DNA of 64,000 nt from Amoebophrya sp. A120 (lineage: Eukaryota; Protista; Dinoflagellata). Location of the stretch: the NCBI GenBank assembly GCA_905178155.1, contig CAJINV010000001.1, positions 3,921,706 through 3,985,705 on the forward strand, written 5' to 3'. The notes below the pieces were generated by a model. That model did no database searches. It had not been told where the DNA came from and was given only the letters and a program-made list of their open reading frames with translations. Made by a program: the position numbers and the translations under genes. This document shows, in pieces, positions 58,728 through 64,000 of this stretch. The number at the start of each line of letters is the position of its first letter. Positions within the stretch are counted from its first letter, which is position 1.

Positions 58728-59818
58728 CGAGGTGGCGCATGTTCTTGTTGAGACGAAACATGAACAAACGCACAAGGAATTACTTCGTAGAAGAATGTCA
58801 TTTTCTGATGATCATTCCGTGTTTGTTAAGATGAACCTGTACCAAGTAGGGAAAACTTTTGACAAGGGAATTGAACTCATGAACCACAACTGCAGAGGAC
58901 AAGGGTGGTGGTGAATTTTTTCAACTCACGATTGCTGTCATCTACACTAAATTATTTCGCAACCTCGAAATGTAAAAAATATCCAGAGCTCCTTCTAGAA
59001 ACCGCACAAATTACATTGAACTTCGAGTTGCTTTGCTTTTGCGAAAAAGGGAATCGAAATTTTCATTTTGCATGAACAAATGAAACACCGAGAAGTAATA
59101 CGAAAGGAAGCAGCTGCCTCGACAAAACGGCGACAAAATCAAGGTCGTGCCATTTTAGTTGCGTTCTGTTTGTTTTGGGATGGAGCAGCCTTCTCGTGGT
59201 CCTGCTGCAGCTTCAGGTGCTCCTGCTCTCGGAATGTCCAGATCAAGCCTCGCCTAGTTTACTTCGAAGCATGTTTACCTAGACAAGGACGTGGACGGCC
59301 TAGGCAGTGCCAGTGCTAGAGACAGAACCGCCAGTCGTGGTCAAGAAAGAAAAAGTAAATCTAAATAGTACTCTTGAAATAACGACGATCTTGGTGTAGA
59401 AGTGCCCTGCTTCCGAGGAGGAGACGAAGACAGAGATCTGATGATTATCGATCGAACTCCGAAAGTTATCAGGAGGATCCAGATGTGGCACGAGATACGT
59501 GACGACAAAAACGATGTTGATGTAGTTTTGCTTTTGCCCGAGCCAGTCTTACTTCACTTTTTCCTCTCTGCGTACCGTTCAGCCAGCACAACTTCGAACA
59601 AGAGTAACAGCGAGGTATGCGACTAATGGTAATGGAGACCACGACATAAGTAGAAGTAGTCTGTGAATGCAGAAATATCGATTTCGATAGTGCTTAATCA
59701 CGTGTAGCGCAATAAGGTAGCTGTAGAGCCTTAGAGGCTGCATGTTGGCGTTCAACATGATGACGCACTAGCGGCAAGTAGCTGAGAGCTTCTCCAGGTC
59801 CAGAGCGACCAGAAAATA

Positions 59819-61216
59819 ATGAGTAAAAGCCAGAAGATTCCGACGTTTGGTCGGAAGACGACCACCACACCGTACGAAGATGACGCGAATGCCGCAGGAG
59901 CTTCTTCAAGTGGCAACGCAACTAGACCAGGGAATAAAAATGCGCAGAACAAAATCGTCGAAGAGCGTCTGGCTGCATTGAAAGATCTGTGGAATCGCCA
60001 AACCAGGAAGAGCTGGACGGGCTTGGCGAAGGGAGTTCTGCGTTACCGATTTGAAGACAACGTCAACGGCAAGACCACGGCAGGCGTACCCGAGGTTCTC
60101 ATCCTGCAAGGGCAACGGAAAATCAACGTCGGCGAGTCGCTGGCCGTTGAAGAAGCATTGCATCTCGCCGAGCGCGACAATCTAGCTGTTTTTGAAGTCA
60201 AAAGAGACGACGAGCAACATCAAGACAAAGCCTATGCCCTGCATCGTGTCAGCCTGCAGAAACTTTACAGTCTCGTGTGCGCGTCGATTGGCCTCGATTC
60301 TTACGTGGTCTATGGAAGACTAAGGCGTGCCGGCTACATTATCTCGAGCAGTCCGAATCAGGGAAATGCTAAAGCTGCGTCCAAGGAGCTGCATGCAGCT
60401 GGCGAGAAAAAGTCGCGAGCCTCCACCGGGTCTTCAGAAGTTGTACAAAGCAAGAAAATGGGCCAGGCAGGCTCAGGCGCTATCCTTGAAGCAGAGAAGA
60501 AGGCAGGGCCTTGCTCTAGAGACGAGCGCGGTGACACTGCCACGGCAGCGGAGAGTAAGCGCGCCAACCCCGAGGCTGGGGGGAAGAAAGCTAAGGCACC
60601 GGATCAGGGCATCGGGGTAGAAGAGGCTTTCGTAACTTTGCTTTCAACCTCTCTTGCGGAACGGGCCAAACGAGAACTCGAAGGCATAAACAAGCTGAAG
60701 CAGGAGAACGGAGCAGATATCAACACAAAGACTGCAAGAACAAGTCTGAGCGAACAAAATGAGCATAATGTTAATCCCAGGAATCCGGCGCCGGCGCCGC
60801 AGTTCCCGTTGTATTTTGTGCCAGAGCCCATTGTACTCACTGATGCGATTCCAGAGATTCCACCCGAATTTGTGGATCGCCGAGAGGACTCCGCGCCGCT
60901 ACCCAGTGCGCACTCACCGTCAGCTTCCAGTCGAAAGCGAATTCGCGAAGAGCACGAGACTCATGATGTTGTGCAGCAGAAAGACCATTACTTTTCTGCC
61001 CGACCCGTAGCGGGAAAGCCAAAACATTGGACAGTTTCCCAAGCAAACCAAGGAAAAAAACGACTTTCCGAATCGCGCAGGCCCTTGGTGATTCGGGACG
61101 GGCATGCGGCCTTTGATATAGAGCTGTCTGGCAGCGACAACCCAACGTATGTAGCCCTTTCAAACAACGGCGAAGTAAACTGTCTAGAAGCGCTCCCGGT
61201 TGATTTTGGGATATAG
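59819..61216 (+). CDS. TSEN54: tRNA-splicing endonuclease subunit Sen54-like
   Basis: LAVEEALHLAERDNL...SLQKLYSL...SYVVYGRLRRAGYII resembles the Sen54 N-terminal signature. Confidence 0.65.
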   Translation: MSKSQKIPTFGRKTTTTPYEDDANAAGASSSGNATRPGNKNAQNKIVEERLAALKDLWNRQTRKSWTGLAKGVLRYRFEDNVNGKTTAGVPEVLILQGQRKINVGESLAVEEALHLAERDNLAVFEVKRDDEQHQDKAYALHRVSLQKLYSLVCASIGLDSYVVYGRLRRAGYIISSSPNQGNAKAASKELHAAGEKKSRASTGSSEVVQSKKMGQAGSGAILEAEKKAGPCSRDERGDTATAAESKRANPEAGGKKAKAPDQGIGVEEAFVTLLSTSLAERAKRELEGINKLKQENGADINTKTARTSLSEQNEHNVNPRNPAPAPQFPLYFVPEPIVLTDAIPEIPPEFVDRREDSAPLPSAHSPSASSRKRIREEHETHDVVQQKDHYFSARPVAGKPKHWTVSQANQGKKRLSESRRPLVIRDGHAAFDIELSGSDNPTYVALSNNGEVNCLEALPVDFGI

Positions 61217-62017
61217 GAAATGAAGATAAACGCCAACAACTGCTGCAGGCAGTGCGTGCCTTTTAACTATTTTTTATTTTTGATGAGGCATCTATCAGTA
61301 GCAGTATAGCGAAGAGTAAGCGACAAAGGAACCATGAAAAGAAACAAGAAGCGAAAAAGTAAAGCAGCTGCACCAGATAGATTCAGCTCTTCAGCAAAAA
61401 GATGTTCGTCTTGAGGTTGAGACCGATGCTTATTTCTCTCGGTAAATCAGTTGCGATTTGAACTCCAACTCGCATCGGTTGTTCTTCATCACGTTTCGCG
61501 TATCAATGCCTACCAGTACTACTGGATAGCCTTCGGTTGGAAGTCATTTTCTGTCGGTTGATCGTGCTCTTTTGTTGCTTCTCTCGTAGGTTGTCATGAG
61601 CACCACACTTTCGCTTCCACCCATTACGCTTTCTCGGTTTTCAGAACGTCCACGTCGACACACGCAGATAGATTGTCGGTCCATTCTGAGTAGAACAAAA
61701 ATATAGGAGAAGAAACTTCGGCGGTATCGCGGCACACAAAACGTTATCGGAGTACCAGTTGCGCCACTTTGCATTTTTGTTTCCAGCCGACTCCAGTAAG
61801 TATCTTCACCAGGAGCGCCACTCTTCCCGCACGGGTAGAACGAAGAACCCTATTCGACACATGACCCCCTAGTAAAGATTGTTTCTCTAGTACCCCCACG
61901 ACTGCAATCTTCGATTAGCTGTTTTTTTTCGGACGAGGTGCGCAGTACAAGTACAACTAGCCACCTGAAGTTGAAGACCTCCTTACCCTTCGAAGAATCA
62001 ATAGCTACGCCGACATT

Positions 62018-63803
62018 ATGGCTCCTTGCATAGTGCGTGCGACAGACCTGCCGCCACGGCGGAGCGAGGGAGGCGGGTTTATCATCGCAGACATCCTGTC
62101 GGCCTATGAGTACAACGAGACGGACCCGTTCCTCATCTGGCACGAGCTCCCCAAAAAGCACATGGCGCGAGGCGAATTCCCCGGAGCGCCCATGCACCCC
62201 CACCGAGGTTCATCATTTGAGTCTTGTTCGTAGAAGTAGTTATCTGCGTGGATCGTGATCTTCAATAGGAATAGCAACGCTGACGCACCACAACTTAGTC
62301 GTAATATTGAATCCTCTAAAAAAGGAGCTTGTTGTATTGAAACCGCCCGGAAAGGACGAGCGGAAAAGTGAATGTGTGTGAGCATGGAAAAAGGAGCATC
62401 AACATAAACATAAAGATGCAACATCGAGCTAGAGGCGTTTGTCGTGCTTCATCGTCCATTTTCTGAGTCGTGCGCAACGGATTTTTCTGAGAGCAAATGA
62501 GCAACTATTTTCAATCCAGGTTTCAGCGAGGTCCCTTATTTCAAGCGGATGGGCGAGACGAAGTACACAAGAAAAGTGGCCGGAAAAGAGGTCGACGGGC
62601 GCATGGGGGACGGGGACGTGGAGTGGGGAATGGCGGCGCACGGCATCGAGCACGGCGTTGTGGTGGACAGCAACTGGTCCGGCGAGATGCACGGCTTCCA
62701 GCTGTGGGTGAATCTGCCTGACAAAAACAGAATGGATCCCCCGGAATTTCAGAACGCCGCATCCGCATCCATGCCGGTATTTGACTACCCGAAGAGCAAC
62801 TTGAAGTGTAAAGTTCTCGTCGGGGAGCTCTGCGGCAACAAGAGCCCAATCCAGCCAAAATTCACGGAAGTCAACTACTTCGATTTCGAGATGCGGCCCG
62901 GGGGCTACAGCAACCCCGCGCAGGTGAGCATCCCGCTCGTCCACGTGAGACGGATCCTGTACTGCTACAGCGGCACGCTCTGCATCTGCCCACAGGAATC
63001 CCAAAACGTCCACCACCAGCCCCCGGAAGCTGGGCGGGCCAGAGCAGATGGGGCGATACAGGTATGACGATAAGAGGAACGCATTAGAAATGATGTTGAG
63101 CATGTTCATGCTATGTGGGTGGCGTGCAGGATGATTTCAACATGTGATAAGTTTTTTGTGTTGCGCTTTCACTTCCTTTTCGCTAGCAGGTTGCTGGTCG
63201 ACTTATTCTTTTCCGTTCGTGTTTTAGCCGAAGCCGAAGCCCTCGGTAAGTTGACAGCAAGAAAATAATCAACACCTCGCACCAGCCGACAACCGCGTCT
63301 GCGCATTCCGCTCCGCATCCTTCCGCGCAGGGCGACGAAGCGACCTTCAGAAAGGTGTGCGGTCGATCTTCATCTTCCTGCGTTCCAATTTGCATTTGGC
63401 GCACAGCCACAGTGTCAGTTGTTTTTGCGTTCATTCTTGCGCGACCCGCATGAAAATGATTTTTGCAGGGGATGGTTGGCGTTCATCATACACATACTTA
63501 TAGTACTTAACGACAAAAATTTTGTCACAAAATATGAAAGAAATTAAAAATAAATTCATACTCCAACAGATCCACACCGGCGAAGTTGCGATGCTGGGCG
63601 AGCACGGCGACGAGCTTTTGTTGTCCAACATGTCCGAAGACTGCATGTTTCTCCTCATTACGGGAACCCCGCTCCGAGAACCCTGCGTGCAGTACGGACC
63701 ATTCGTGATGGGCAACAAGCAGGACGTCATGCAGGCGTTTTCCGACTTCCAAACGGGCAAACTGACCGAGAAGCCGGCGAAGTACACTAGGTATGGGTAC
63801 TAG
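62018..63803 (+). CDS. Pirin family protein (3 exons)
   Basis: DPFL, HPHRGFSEV, GDVEWGMAAHGIEH, HGFQLWVNLP, GTPLREPCVQYGPFVM. Introns 62208-62519 and ~63062-63569. Confidence 0.9.
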
Positions 63804-64000
63804 AAAATAGAGGCAGATGAACCAGAAGCAGAGCATCACCTTCATCAACACGAGGCTGTTTGTAAGAGTTGGTTGCACAACGAACGTGACAGGAGAAAAA
63901 AATAATGGAGTGGAGGAGTTTATGTGTATGATGCAACAAGAGCAGGAGCACGTGAGTTGATTAGCTGCTTTTCTTTCTTCATATGTACGATTCTCTTCTT

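Noticed and set aside
59819-61216. Sen54 as the machinery excising the non-canonical introns
   Set aside because: Sen54 is a non-catalytic housekeeping subunit and nothing in the sequence links it to the elements.
1-64000. CRISPR arrays, rRNA or tRNA genes, prokaryotic operons
   Set aside because: No regularly spaced repeats or recognisable structural RNA genes were seen, and the genes have eukaryotic introns.

Overview
Eukaryotic, intron-rich genomic DNA with about 14 recognisable protein-coding genes, all on the + strand. They include a frizzled-like cysteine-rich membrane protein, a SPRY-like/MyTH4 protein, USP5/UBP14, HSBP1 (absent from the ORF track), JMJD7, a four-domain voltage-gated cation channel, a TauE/SafE transporter, Sen54 and pirin. 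The main signal is 13 short (112-321 bp) insertions inside coding exons. They start with TAT, end with ATA (ATG in one copy), carry terminal inverted repeats and are flanked by a 5-bp direct repeat (exact in 9 copies, diverged in 4). Removing the element plus one repeat restores the host reading frame in every case. Most lack GT-AG ends, they fall into at least four families, and they occur in both orientations, so they look like MITE-like non-canonical introns (introners). This architecture and the unidirectional gene block point to a dinoflagellate-lineage parasite such as Amoebophrya (inference, not verified). Three larger inverted-repeat elements are also present: 11402-12505 splitting a gene, the 21656-22907 foldback with nested palindromes, and 29113-29860 with an 8-bp target-site duplication. 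All gene models were spliced by hand and need RNA confirmation.
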